This document shows, one piece after another, positions 1 through 13,225 of a stretch of 64,000 bases of DNA. The translations under genes were made by a program, and so were the position numbers. Each line of letters begins with the position of its first letter. Positions within the stretch are counted from its first letter, which is position 1. Location: NCBI GenBank assembly GCA_013265495.1, contig MU057666.1:283732-347731 (forward strand). Reading direction: 5' to 3'. The DNA is from Vicugna vicugna. Taxonomy: Eukaryota. Below the pieces are notes generated by a model that was not told the DNA's origin, ran no database searches, and worked only from the letters and a program-made list of their open reading frames with translations.

Positions 1-204
1 AACCAACAACTAAAGGAATTCCTTAATCCCCTCTTCTAACCAACTCACTCCATCTGGGTCAGGGCAGAGTTTAATACTGTTGCAGATATGTCAAGAAAGG
101 ATTTGTTTATGATGATTTAAGAAAATTCTATCCATATACAGGTGTCCATAGCTTGAGAAATTACTGACTTTCTAAAGTGATGTCATGTATTTTTTGCATT
201 TCTC

Positions 205-688
205 ATCAGTTACTTACTATTGCCATAATACTAGGTAACAAACAACTACTGAAGCTCAGAAGCATATAGAGCAACAAATATCCATTGCTCACATCTCTGA
301 ACTGGTTGGGTTAGGAGACTGCTGATTTTGGCTGAGCTTTTTCACAGGTGGCATCAGTTGGCTGTTGACCAATCTAGGCTGACTGTGGCTGGACAGCTGG
401 CTCTCTCAGCTGAGCTGGCTCACTCTGATACATGTGTCTCATCTTAACAACAGGTTAGCCTTGGCTTACTTAAAAAGAAAATTATGGCAATGGCAGATGG
501 CAAGAGAAAATATCCCAAAAGTTCAAGCTCAATTCATGACTCTGCTTGTATTGTATCAGCTAAAAGTCATGTTGGCCAAAGCAAACAATATGGCATTCAA
601 GAGCTGAGACAGAGGGCACTACAAAGTTACATGGCAAAGTCCCTGGGTAGGGGAAGGGTGAAGGTCATTGATGCATTCAGTTATCATA
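205..688. mobile_element. Old MaLR solo LTR (MLT1G/H-like)
   Basis: MLT1-type motifs: tcagttactt..ctattgcc..gtaacaaacaac, ttggccaaagcaa..atggc, agagggcactacaaagttacatggcaaag. Boundaries approximate. Confidence 0.7.
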
Positions 689-989
689 TTCTTTGTACAC
701 ATGGGAGCAAGACATTTAAGGAAACAGAAATTACAAGTCCAAATTGTCTAAAAATTTTCAGAAAATATTATTATTACAGTATTATCCCTTGGAAGTCTTC
801 TCCCAAGCATGAAATCGAAGCTGCCAAGGACAGTTTGTGTAGAAGCATACCTAATGGAAAACTGCCACTTTCACTAATAAATGCTTTCTATTAGGAAATG
901 AAAATTATCTTAGTTTTTATGTTAGTATTTTGTTCAGGAAAAAGTATGTGTAGTTTGTTTTATTCTTTGAAAAATAATTATAATCTTAG

Positions 990-1152
990 ACTGCTAATGC
1001 ATGCAGAATTTCTTTGGGGATGATGAAAGTGTTCTGAAATTAGATAGTAGTAGTGGCCACACAGTTCTGTGAATATACTAATCACCACTAATTTGTAAAT
1101 AATAAAAAGGTGAATTTTAAGGCAGGTGAACTAATCTCAACAAAGTTATTAT
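990..1152 (+). mobile_element. Ancient L1M (L1MB/ME-type) 3' end fragment
   Basis: tttctttggggatgatgaaagtgttctgaaattagatagtagt...ctgtgaatatactaa is the characteristic old L1 3' UTR. Confidence 0.75.
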
Positions 1153-2153
1153 GTAAACTATTTAAAATTTGAAGCATCTTTAATGTTGCATTATAAATAA
1201 GAAGTATATATTATACCTAATATATATAATTTTCAACTTTACTGCTTAAATTTAAAAACAGTAAAGGAAAATTTTTTAGTAGTTACTTTTTCTATGCAGA
1301 ATTTTGGAATGCTTACTTAAAACTGATTTTGGTATAGTTCTGAATTAAGTGCAATTAAAACCTTAAAATAAAACTAAATGAAATAATGTAAATCAAAGTC
1401 TTAGGAAAGCATAAGCATTATCAAAGAGGATCTCATTGTTACAGTAAGTAAACAGGTATAAGTTTATGATTTATAAAATGTCAAATATACTGTTAAAATA
1501 TTTGTCTATCATTTAGGCTTCTTCCCTCCCTAAGTTCCATTTATCATTAATCACTAAGAGCATAACCACATTTGTATACAAAACATAATACAAAAACTCC
1601 ATGAAGTGCATATTAAACACAATGTACATGTGCTAGGAGAAGGCTAGGAATATGCTGATGACTAAGCCAAGGTCTCTGCCTTCAAAATCAAAGAAAATTT
1701 TAATACCTGGATTTTAATTGGAATATTTTTTCCCTAAATTAATTTTTGTTATTTTCTTGGGTTCTTTTCACACTGAGCCATTGAATTAGAAAAGATGCCA
1801 TTTATGGATTTTCTAACATTATAGCATAAAATAAATATCTGTATTCTTAAATTTGGGTGCTAATATTATACCCTGAATTTCAAAAAAAATTTGTTGCTGT
1901 GACATTCTCATAGGGACCTTGTCATCTACACAGACAAAAATGCTTGAGCAAGTGTTTGTTACTTAAAGCTATGATTCTATGTTATGAGTCTCTTAGTAAC
2001 AAAAAGTGTATAAACTAACTATGCCAAATTAAAGCTTCATACATACAAGAATTATTTTTTAAAATGTTGTGAGCACAAATTAAGCTGATAATCTAATTTA
2101 TTCTCTTTCTTCTTCTCAGATGTTTTTTAGCAAAAACAAAGATCCAAATGTGC

Positions 2154-2231
2154 TAGGTTGAACTAGATGAAATTGCTATTTTGTAGGTCCCAAGTGGTCA
2201 GACACTGACAATTCTGTGTAGTTCAAACAGA
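2154..2231. mobile_element. MADE2-like Mariner MITE (~80 bp)
   Basis: taggttgaactagatgaaattg...caattctgtgtagttcaaac: degenerate terminal inverted repeats, with size and core (ttttgtaggtc) as in MADE2. Confidence 0.7.
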
Positions 2232-3339
2232 AGTAATGCTGAACTGATAGACTGTATATTGAGATACACAAAGGCATGCTCTGGGCCATTTCCTCACAAA
2301 ACTATTCTGCCCTCCAGAATAAGAAGATATTAAATAAAACCCCAAATTTGTTGTCATTAAAGTTCATCATAGTTTAATCCCTCAAAATGACTTATTCCTG
2401 AATATAGAATCATCCTTTCTAGTCTTCTATGTATATGTGATTTTGTTGCTAACAATAACGTAGATTTTTAAAGACAGTTTATTTACTGCAATCAAAGCTA
2501 TTGTCCTTCTAAATGGTTTTCACTGGATTACTATCTAATCCACCTTCAGCTTCCCTCTCAAAATTAATCTAAGTCTGAAAAGGGGATGGGGAAGCAAACA
2601 GAGGGCATAATGTTGTGTATAAAGAATGTTTTAGTGAGAATCATTAAAAAGTGCTGAGCATATCATTGAAGTTTATCAAGCTTTAGAATAGATCATTACC
2701 AGATAAGCTGGCTTGAGACATGGGAGGTCCATGTATTAGTACCAGTATTTTAATTTCTTTCTGTGTTAATTTTTTTAAATCTATATAATATCAGTCACAA
2801 TATTATTTCCTTAGCTTCATTGCAGAGCTGTTGTTCAGATTAAATACATAATATCCATAAGCACTATTTTCAAAATAAACAATACATTTTAATAACTATT
2901 ATTTTTGTATTAACTTCAAATTGCAACAATGCAATTACCTAAACATTTGACAAAAATAATCCATATCTCAATGGTATTCTACAGTATTTTTGACATAGCA
3001 AATGCCAAAGAAAGTGGCTCCATTTTTAAAACAATAGTATAATGTGGTACATTTATAATAATCCTGCCAGCAAGAAATCCTCCCTCCCAGATTTCCCATA
3101 TAGGATTGCACTTTCAAATCCTCCTGAAAGAAAGCTCATTCAATTGTCCATTTTCAAATTTACATATAATCTGAAATACTACCACAGCCTGAAATCTCTC
3201 TTCCTTTCAATTAGCTAATTTTATTGTACCATAAAGTGTGAACCGATTTTTTTTTACATTTACTTTGAAAGTAAGTATGCTCATACAGTACATTGTCCTA
3301 CAAGAACTATAATCTTTGTATTAAATATAAAGCAATTTA

Positions 3340-3790
3340 TGGGATCAGTTGAGATGCCTGTAACTGAATACATGACTCAACCTGACTGAATAAGAATATG
3401 TATTATCTAATATAACAACGGTATAGATTTAGGCCAGGACTGTTAGACACATTGGTCCAATGCTGGTCTCAAAGACAGGAGGTCCTTTTTATCTTTCTTT
3501 CCACCATGTTCAGTTTGACTTTATGTTCATGACTGCAAGACTGTAACTGATTCAGATGAAATATTAAGATATGAAAATATCCAGGTGAGGAAAAGGACTA
3601 TCTCTTTCCACATTCTCTAAGGAGAACTGAAACTCATTGTAAAACTTTTGCTCACAACACATTTGCCAGGATAGGTTTGTATGTAAATCACTGCCAAGGG
3701 GCATAGGATTGCCATATTGACCAAGGTAAGTCATTTAGGGTGGAAAGGATGTTGGAAAGTCAACCACAAAAATCACCTTAATCACACACT
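3340..3790. mobile_element. Degraded MaLR LTR (MLT1J/K/L-like)
   Basis: tcagttgagatgc..gtaactga..tgactcaa..; aaatcactgccaagggg..ggattgccat motifs. Confidence 0.5.
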
Positions 3791-4169
3791 CTTCCATTAT
3801 TCACGTATAAAGAGTCATCATATGTACGCATAAATCTTAACATGAAAATACAGACTTCTAAGATGCTTTTTAAAAAAATATTCAGAAGCCAGAGGAAATC
3901 CTGCACTCCAGATTAACACATAAGTAGCTTTCAATTGATAAGGAACAAATAAATAAATAAAAATTTTATTCATTTCATCCGACCTCATGTAGTTGTTAAT
4001 TATGCATGCTTCTGTTTTCTCCATAAGGGTACACTCTTCATGCCAGAAAAAAACACTGAGTTACCTACTTTCCACAAAAACTTTCAGAAGGCAAGGTGTT
4101 CATCAGTTGGTCAAAATATGTTCATTTCATTTAATTTCAGAATTTGCAAGTAAGAGTAGTTGAAAATCT

Positions 4170-5995
4170 CAACTTATATACTCAGAATTTTAGCATTTCA
4201 AGATCACATATAAACACATGAAAAAAAATTATCAGATATTTGAAGAAAGCCTCTAGCATGAAAAAAGTCTTAACAAAGAAAGAGAAAAAAAGGAATTTGG
4301 AGGAAATAGAGAACATTTTGTAAACAGAAATCTCAGAGAGAAAATTTAAAATGATTACATGTATAAAAAATAGAATCCTATAATAAATAATATTTAAAGA
4401 ACAGAGTTAACTCTGTGTGTGTAAATTGTGTATGTATAACTATATATATAAAGATATAGTTGATAAAAACTTCCAGTTTTAAAAACAAAAGACATGGGAA
4501 TATATAAGAAAAAATATATCAAAGTTAGGGAACCAATCCAGAAGTATCAATAGCTAATAATAAGATTTCCAAAAAAATGACAGAAAATATGGAAGTGAAC
4601 ATTTATATTTAACTATTATGCAAATGGCCCATAACTGAATAAATAATAGTTTCCAGAAGAATCAAAAAAAGTACCCATAGCAATGACCAAAAAAACCCCA
4701 CACCTATACCAAAGCCAGTCACCCTAAAATTTCACAACAGTGGATATAAAGTGAAGATTCTAAATTATAACAGAAGGAGAAAAAAGAAAACAGGCCACTC
4801 CAGAGGATCATGATACAGAACGTCCTTAGCCTTCTCATTGTAAGCTAGGAGAATGTGGAATGATGTTTTCAAAATTCTGAGACAAGATGGTGTAAATCCA
4901 GCCAAACCACCAATCATGTTTGAAAGTTGTCTAAAGGATTTTCAGATATTCAAAGTCTTGATGCACATATTCATCTTCAAGAAGCTAACTGGGATCTGTG
5001 CTCTGCACAGTTGAATGAGAAAAACAAGAAAGTGGAAGAATGGATACACTGGAAAGAGTTTTCACACAGAAGAGGAGTGAAAGTTGATAGGTAAGAGAAG
5101 GAAGTCCAAAGATGATCGCCAAGCAGGAAGTCTAGAGGGCAAATGACTCACACTGGAGCTGGAGGACAAAGGACTTCAGGAGAAAGACCTCCAAGAAAAA
5201 GTAAAACTAAATAGGAACGTGTTTAGGTACTTTGAGGGGACATTTAAAGATTGTTTGAGGATGAGCTTGTGATGGTCACACTGAAAGGTGACCAAGTGAA
5301 AAAATTAACTCCAAGGAAACAATGAATTGGGCAGAATATGAAATATAATGTTAATATACTACATGGCATATTCTACGTGGCTTAGCTATTTACATAGTTA
5401 CATAATGAAAATATTGACTATTGAGTTAACTACTAAACACTAAGAATCTGATTTATGTAATTTTTTTGGAAGAAATATTTTGTGTGTGTGTGTGTACACA
5501 TAGGTATATGCTTATACATGTGACTATAAAAATGTGCTTTTGCGGAGAGAGGGCAGCATAAGAAGGCTCGATCATTCTCCTATGTTTTCCATTTTGGCAG
5601 ATCCATAGATACTGCTCATGACTGAATAATCAAGAAAGAACAGGATACACATGTGATTCAGAAAACAGAGGTAAATAACAGAAGGAACAGCTAAAATGTT
5701 AAAAGGAGTAGGGTACCTGGGGTTTACAATCTGAAGTATGGAAGAGTAGAACAAAAGACTTGTTTTGGTGCAAGATTCATTCAACTATCAAACTCTTTCA
5801 ACAATAAGTGGTATAATTTTGCTAAAAATGAGAATCAAAGAAACAATAAGTAGAATACTCCTGAAAACAAAATAGCCCCTTGTGAAGAAAGGAAATGAGT
5901 GGCCATGGAACAGTTTTTTTTTTAATTTGTCAATTATTTTATACCTATAAAATAAGCATGCCATGTGCATGTATAATCTCTTCAAAAATTAATCA
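4170..5995 (+). mobile_element. Ancient HAL1/L1M ORF1-region relic
   Basis: A-rich strand with L1 ORF1-like motifs (gaaccaatccagaag, aaatttcacaacagtggatataaagtgaagattctaaa, ttttcaaaattctgag) and a HAL1-like end (ccatgtgcatgtataat). No intact ORF. Confidence 0.55.
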
Positions 5996-7693
5996 TATGT
6001 TATATAAAGGGAAAAAACAAAGACTATGGTATTATACAATCACGCCCCTCCAAAATATATACACAGTTGTAATGAAATCTTGCCTGAAATACAGGCACAA
6101 AATAGACCATAAGTATGTCTGGGGTACCTTGAAGAAAATGTCATATAATGAACTTATCACCTTCCATCTTACGGTATTCCATTATGAAATACAGGGTTTA
6201 AAAGTTGAGACTGTATCTTGAAATCAGTATCTCTTCAGAACTTTTTACTGGACACTTACCTACTTTTTAAATTTTCTATTCAGTAGGAACAAATGATGCC
6301 CCATCCTAATGATTTCATAATTGATTATTCTGAAAATTATCATTTTCAAGTTTTGATATTTTATGCAATAAAGGCATTCCATTTTTTACATTATTTGTAT
6401 TCCAACACAGGAGTTTGTAAATATAACATGGATCTATCCCAGAATAGCAAATACCTAGTAAATAGGTCCAGATGTTTAGGAGAACAACTTTCCACCTGCA
6501 TGTCTGTAGGACTCCTTTGCCTTCTCCTCCTCCACCTCCCACAAAGTTCTCTTCTCTCATATCTTACTTAATGTAGCAGATGTGGATTAACTAGAGATAC
6601 ACACAGCTTTTAAAAAATTGAACAATTACTGATTTTATCAGCATAGTAATAAAAAGTTTTATCTTTCCAACTCAGAAAACCTTTGGGTGCTAGAAGACAT
6701 TTAAATAAGTTTATATTTCTCACATTAAGATTCCCTGATTTTTCAAAGAATACTTCATATTGACAGCTACAAAGAGCTTTAAGGAGGGGGAGTGGTTTTT
6801 TTCTTATAAAATACAAAGTCCAATCTAAATGTAATGGCTGCACTTGAACCCATTTAGAGTTACAGAGATGGGGAGGTTTAGTTTCCTGAGTCCTATGTAA
6901 TGTAAGCAGTATGTGTTTAGAGAAATCTGTCCTGTTGGGATAAAGAGAACTCCAGTAATATCATCAATGTACCCAAGGGTGGGTCTATTCTTATGCAAAT
7001 ACAATAACCACAGTTCGGTATAGGAAGCTCCCTTCTATGCATGATGCTGCTTCTGTGCCAACCTACAGAGGGAGAGAAAAATGATTATGCTCTATTTCCA
7101 ATTGATTCTGCCTTTCTTGCAGAGTGTGTCAAATACATTGCATTTTTCCTGAGCCCATTTAGATGGAGTATTATCCTGCTGTGTTCCTTTGGATCCTGTA
7201 CAGACTTCTGATTGCTGAATTGTAACACTAATCATAATAAGTATCTATGTAATAAGTTCACAATATGAATTATCCCAGATTGTCATTTTCTTTCACAGAG
7301 CAATCAAGCTTATTTGTACAATCTACTTGCTCCCAGATAAAACAAAAGGCAACAAGTAAGTTTTTGTATGTTCATCACACATTATAAGTGGCAATTTAGG
7401 TCTAGTACATCAGAGAAAATGAAAGATGATAAGAGAAAGTGCTAAAGAACTTTTCAATAAAGCATATTTGGATTTTGCTATTAGTTTTATAGATATTATC
7501 ATTATATATCCAATTAAATACTAAAGATTTGTTTTTTTCACAGCAAGCAATTTTGTTTTTTCTATCTAGAATCTGATACTCATTTTGACAAAAGAGGGCA
7601 TAAAATTAATTACAATTCAAATATAATACTGTAAATATAAGTTACTGAAATAGAATATAAAGCAAACTCATGACCTTCAAAAAATGGTCTTCT

Positions 7694-8297
7694 TAGGAAT
7701 AGACTTACCATATGACCCAGGAATCCCACTCCTGGGCTTGTATCCAGAAGGAAATCTACTTCAGGATGACACCTGCACCCCAATGTTCATAGCAGCACTA
7801 TTTACAATAGCCAAAACATGGAAACAGCCTAAATGTCCATCAACAGGTGACTGGATAAAGAAGAGGTGGTATATTTATACAATGGAATACTACTCAGCCA
7901 TAAAAACCGACAACATAACGCCATTTGCAGCAACATGGATGCTCCTGGAGAATGTCATTCTAAGTGAAGTAAGCCAGAAAGAGAAAGAAAAATACCATAT
8001 GAGATCGCTCATATGTGGAATCTAAAGACTCATGGACAGAGAATACAGACATGTGGTTACCAGGGGGGTAGAGGGTGGGAAGGGATAGACTGGGATTTCA
8101 AAATTGTAGAATAGATAAACAAGATTACACTGTATAGCACAGGGAAATATACACAAAATGTTATGATAAATCACAGAGAAAAAAATGTGACAATGAGTGT
8201 GTATATGTCCATGAATGACTGAAAAATTGTGCTGAACACTGGAATTTGACAGCATTGTAAAATGATTATAAATCAATAAAAAATGTTAAAATAAAAA
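7694..8297 (+). mobile_element. Young 5'-truncated L1 (ORF2 C-terminus and 3' UTR), camelid-type
   Basis: ORF 7684-8025 encodes the L1 ORF2 C-terminus ([36 protein letters not shown]). 3' UTR ends aatcaataaaaaatgtt plus an A tail. TSD aaaaaatggtcttct at 7679-7693 and 8427-8441. Confidence 0.95.
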
Positions 8298-8426
8298 GGA
8301 CAGAGAGGAATGTAACAGATACACAGACATCTCATCCCAGATTTAAGTAATTGCTACCATTTTCCGTATTACTTCAGATCATTTTTTGTAAAATAAAAAT
8401 TAAAACTAGAATTGAAAATTCAAAAA
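8298..8426 (+). other. 3'-transduced flank carried by the L1 insertion
   Basis: Lies between the L1 A tail and the right TSD. Has its own AATAAA (8392-8397) about 24 nt before an A run starting at 8422. Confidence 0.8.
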
Positions 8427-10499
8427 AAAAAATGGTCTTCTAGGATTGACTGCGGTTGGAAACAGTTTACCCTCCCTATCACTTCAACAATTGCCATGTG
8501 GTCCTTTATTTAATGAGCCAAATCTGGTCACCACTACAGGCAGTGGCAGAACTGGAGAGGGATTTTCCTGATATTGACACTGATACTTTGCTGAAGAGAT
8601 ATTTTACTTTTGTCTTGTTGCTGATTCAGAAACATAGCCCATTTTGCTGACCAATGTTTTCTACTAGTATGCCAACAAATTCATTACAGCAAAGGGGGAA
8701 TTCCTTTTCCTCTGACTTTTATTTAATATTTTATCAAAATCAAAGGAGCCTCTGGCATTATGAGGATAAATGCACAGAACATACCTGAAAAGACTAGGAA
8801 CCTTAGTTGACTGTCTTATGGTGCCTAACTTGTATCTACTCATGATCAAATAGAAGCAAATATTCAATATACATCTATAAAGGTGATTACATCCCATTTC
8901 TCATGCTCTGAGTTTATTTTTGGTTTTACTAGTGGTTTAATTTTTAACCACTAAGATATTATACTGGTCCATCCTGAAATAAAAACCAGACGTGGTTTTT
9001 GCATAGTAACTTCATATCCTAGTCACTGGTCTATACTGTGCTTTCTGCACTGTGTCCTCGGTATTGAAGTAGTTGTTGAAGTATTAGGAGTGAAATTATG
9101 TAACAGCTTTTTAATTAATCAAGTGACATAAATTTTAAACTGAACATCATAAATCCATTTGAATAGACACGCAACAGCTGTAATGCCTGAGAAATGAAGG
9201 GTTCAGATATTCTTCAGAAAATAAAAACATACAGAGTGAATTTTTCCTGAGGCCCATCTGATAGTTTATCCTCTTCACATTAAAATGTACATGATAAAGT
9301 GAATGTTATCTTTTAACTCTTTTTTTGGCTACAATTGCCATTTTTATTTCCTAAAAACTTGATTCCTCTTTATTGTAAAGAATAAAATTTAAACTTCCAA
9401 TGTTTCTAATTTGAAAACCCAAGGAATGAAAACTCTGTTCTGGGACAGCTAGAAGATGTCAATTAATTCATTTAAACCCCAGCAGAAAATAACAGAGTAA
9501 CAGACATCATGTTCTTTTGGATGGATGGCAGATAATTAACCAAGTGATTTCCAAAAGTTCAAATATAAGTAAATAATTCACAGTCAATTTTATTTTTACT
9601 AGATATTAAAGGATGCATGATGTAATGCAGGTCATTTTAATATGCCACAGAGATTTCCATAACTATCCTCTTTCTCTCTAACTCCTAAAGATGTGCCTTC
9701 TTATAAGACAATGATGTTATATAAATGATTTTTAGGCTAATGTATATATTTCCTTTGATATTCTTCAAGTGAAAGTTACAATAGCTAACATTTATTTTTA
9801 TAAGATAAGAAAGACCTCTTTCTTATTGCAGAGTCACAAAATACTTTTCAAGAAAAGTACTGAGGGATATAGAGGGTGTAGACATAAAAATTCATCTAAA
9901 TAAGTTTGCTTACAAAATATTACTTCCAGGTTCTAGATATCAAATCATAATTTTCTCAAGTTAAAATATTTGCTACATCCAAATACCAAGTGCATGCTTT
10001 TCAAAGATTTATTAGCTCATTAATGATTGAAATAGTTAAAGGGTAAAGCTGTTTCAAAGAGCATTTTGAGGAACCAGGCAAATATAGGCATTTAAAAGAT
10101 AAAGCTGGTGAGTGATCAACAGAGGGGTAATAAGCAGACATTGGAAGCTATGTTTTCTAATGGACATCTTTACCAGACAGTAACAAGTTAATGCATAATT
10201 TCCAGAGTCTAAAGATAAACAAAAGTACATTCCCCTAGATGATGAAATAATACTTGAGCGAACTTGATAGATTATGTTCCTAGACTCTCTTGGCCTTATT
10301 ACTATAGTTTTCCACAATTTTTCTTTACACAATTATCAACCCTGATTCCTGACACCTTACTTGTAGTTCTGATTTCATTCACACTCTGAAGCTCCGTTAT
10401 CCCTCAGTCTTTCCATTTAAGCCCTCCTCTCTCCCCCACTGATATTCTATAATTTGCCTGTAAAGTATGAGTGGGTGTTTTGTTAATCATCCTTCCTAA

Positions 10500-11010
10500 G
10501 CCCTTTTAATCTGATGTTTCTTTAAAAAAAAAATCTGTGAAATTGAGAAATTGATACCGATTTTTTACCTCAAATCATTATTACTTTTCATCTTTATTTC
10601 TTCTGTTTTTGAAATAAATCAATCTTTTTTCCAGATATCAGCACTTTTTCTTCCAGCATGCCTACCTCTAGTTTATCTTTTAGTCTTTTGTGTTTCTTTG
10701 TTTTCTTTCTCCAAGAAATTTTCTTGATCTGATCTTGCTAATATATTCCTCATCTGTATCCATATGGTCCTAAATTCTATCTATATTTATTTTAATATTA
10801 TATATATATATTTTTCTGTTTATTTTGTATATTTTGTTATTCCTGTTTCATCTTAATAATATCTTCCCTTTTATCTTTTAGTCTATAATTTCACTAATTT
10901 TAAATTGTGATACATATGTTCTAATACTTCTTCTAATAGAGTTAGTAGTTGTGTTTCTCAAGTGTCTTGTTGTTTATACCTATGAGCTCATTTCCCCTTA
11001 GGAATAGAAG
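10500..11010 (-). mobile_element. Probable ancient L1M/HAL1 fragment
   Basis: T-rich degraded L1 ORF1-like sequence; weak match by eye. Confidence 0.35.
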
Positions 11011-12759
11011 CTACTCTGTCAGTGCTTATGGAGGAAAGTCAGACTTTTAAGTGTCAACTCCCATGTGCTTAAGGGATTTGGGGTGAGGGGAATAGATGAG
11101 TTCCAGAGTGGAAAATCCCAGTGACCAGCAAACCATTTCTAATGACCAATCCCATTAAACAAAGCCTTAGTTAAATGGCTTCACCTTTTACCTTCCAAGG
11201 AGAATCAGCATTAGGACAGACAATCTGTACAATAGAGTGTATCCAACACCCAGGGCATTTGCAGATGGGATGGGCAAGTGGCTGTGCAAATTGAGTCTCC
11301 ATCTTTTTCTGTCAGCTCTCTTTTGTCAGGGCTTCTGTACTGTTCTGATTTTATTCTTGACCATGTGTATTAGAGTTTTGATTGATCATCGGAGCTGACA
11401 CTCTTAGTCCCAAGATAGTTTTGGGGAGAAACTGAAACAGAACTCCCACAGATCCCTCCCATTGTTTGTTCTCACAGGCTGCCTCTTGCCCAGTTAGAGG
11501 TGCCCCCTCACACATTACAGTTCCAACTTCTGTCACCACAAAATTTTCTTACATTACATTTATAGTTTGATATGTTTTTACTTTTACTATTAAAGTCATA
11601 TATAATTTGAAATAATACTTTTTTATTCATAACCCACAAGTTTATAATATGAAGCAAGCAAAATAAAGTGAAAAACAGTTCAACTATAAATATTTCATTG
11701 TCAAGTTTCTATAAAATAAGTGCTATTAATGGAAATGTTCCATATTCTATATGCATTTCTCTGCAGTCTTTTAAATGTGTTTTGTGGAGGGAAAAGAAAG
11801 CCTAGATATCTTTCAGTCATGATGCTCTTTATAGTGGCTATAACTGGATTATCATTTGGAAATGCTCTATTTTGCAAGGCAAAGAAATGTAGCAAGAATC
11901 TTAAACATTTATTTAGACCTAGTTAAAAGGTGGCATGAAAATCCAGGCCTTTCATCTCTTCCTGAGTGATTTCTTATTCAAACTGAGCTGGAGTTCTGAG
12001 AGCAGAATGCTATGCTTTCTTGAGTCTCCATTCAAGAGAGACTTTAATTCACTGTGTTTCATGATAAATCGTAGGAGAGCCAGTTATGACAAAATATGCA
12101 ATCATGTGCCCTACCTGAATAGTGCATGGCTTTCAGCTCTGCAATATTGTGTATTCTCCTTTCATTGACTGCAGGCAAAAAATATGTAAAACAGTAGGCT
12201 AAGGTATGTCCTCTGATTGATTTTACATATATTTAAGCTATTCTAAGCAGTTTTAGGTTGAAAATTGTTTCCTTTTGTTTGTGAGGATTATGAAGAACTG
12301 AGGTACTTGGCTATTGTTAAATGGGGCTCAGAGCTCAGGTTTTGTGTTTGAATTATTTTATAAGGGATTATGAGTTTGTCTAAGAAGTTTTCATGTTTTT
12401 ATTTCTTTTGTGTTTATTTTAAAATATACCCAGCATGTGGTTATCTGAAACTGATAAAACTACTCATGAATTTTCCCTTGTGAAAAACAATACTTTAAAT
12501 TTAAATTTTAACTTGGAGAGAACCACATCTTGGAACATGGCAGAAAGAGAAATCAGTTAACATGATTCCATGGAAATCATTTGAGGAATAAATTCCACTT
12601 GATGATGATTGCTACTAAGTGGGAGGAATTGATTCTTGCTATCTATAGAATCATAGTCACTGTACAGCAGGATGCTACACTCCTGAGCTACTAGTTCATG
12701 GGAAATACTGATACGACTCTTTAATCTATTTACAATAGCACTGGATGTTTTTCTTATAC

Positions 12760-13225
12760 TGTTATGGAAATGAAAGGTCAGCCAAGAATCAAGCACCACT
12801 TAGAGGGTTGGAGTACTCAGATGTATTACGCCGGCGGGCTCAGAAGGGCTTCTGCTCTGAAGCTCTGAGCACCTCCAAGACGTGTGCATGAGGTTCTATA
12901 GGGTAAAGTACAAGCTTGAGGTATTCGGCCAATTGGCATAGAACAGCTTTAGCAGCATCATTATCACAAAAGTGGAGGCAGGGAGGCAGCAAACCAACAT
13001 TCCAAAGCCAGATATATCTCTTTGAAAATCCAGCTGGCTAGCAAAAAAAACATGAACAGCAAACCAACACTAATTAACTTAGATTTACGAGTTAGTACAG
13101 CAGAACTCAGATCAGTATTCCGATACTTAGATTTGTGAGTTATCTTGTTAGCCCAGCCCAGCTTTTCTTTCACATTCTTAGACTTGTGAGTCATCTTGTT
13201 AGCCCAGCCTGGCTTTTCCTTCATA
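12760..13225 (-). mobile_element. Young ERV solo LTR, family X copy A
   Basis: TG..TA (decayed CA) termini; 4-bp TSD atac/atat; highly similar to 15828-16280 and inverted relative to 26500-27032. TATA-like and polyA-like motifs read on the minus strand. Confidence 0.9.

Noticed and set aside
484..894. 136-aa ORF
   Set aside because: Starts inside an MLT1 LTR relic; no recognisable homology or exon structure.
8930..8953. Short hairpin tagtggtttaatttttaaccacta
   Set aside because: About a 9-10 bp AT-rich stem; too short for a pre-miRNA and expected by chance.
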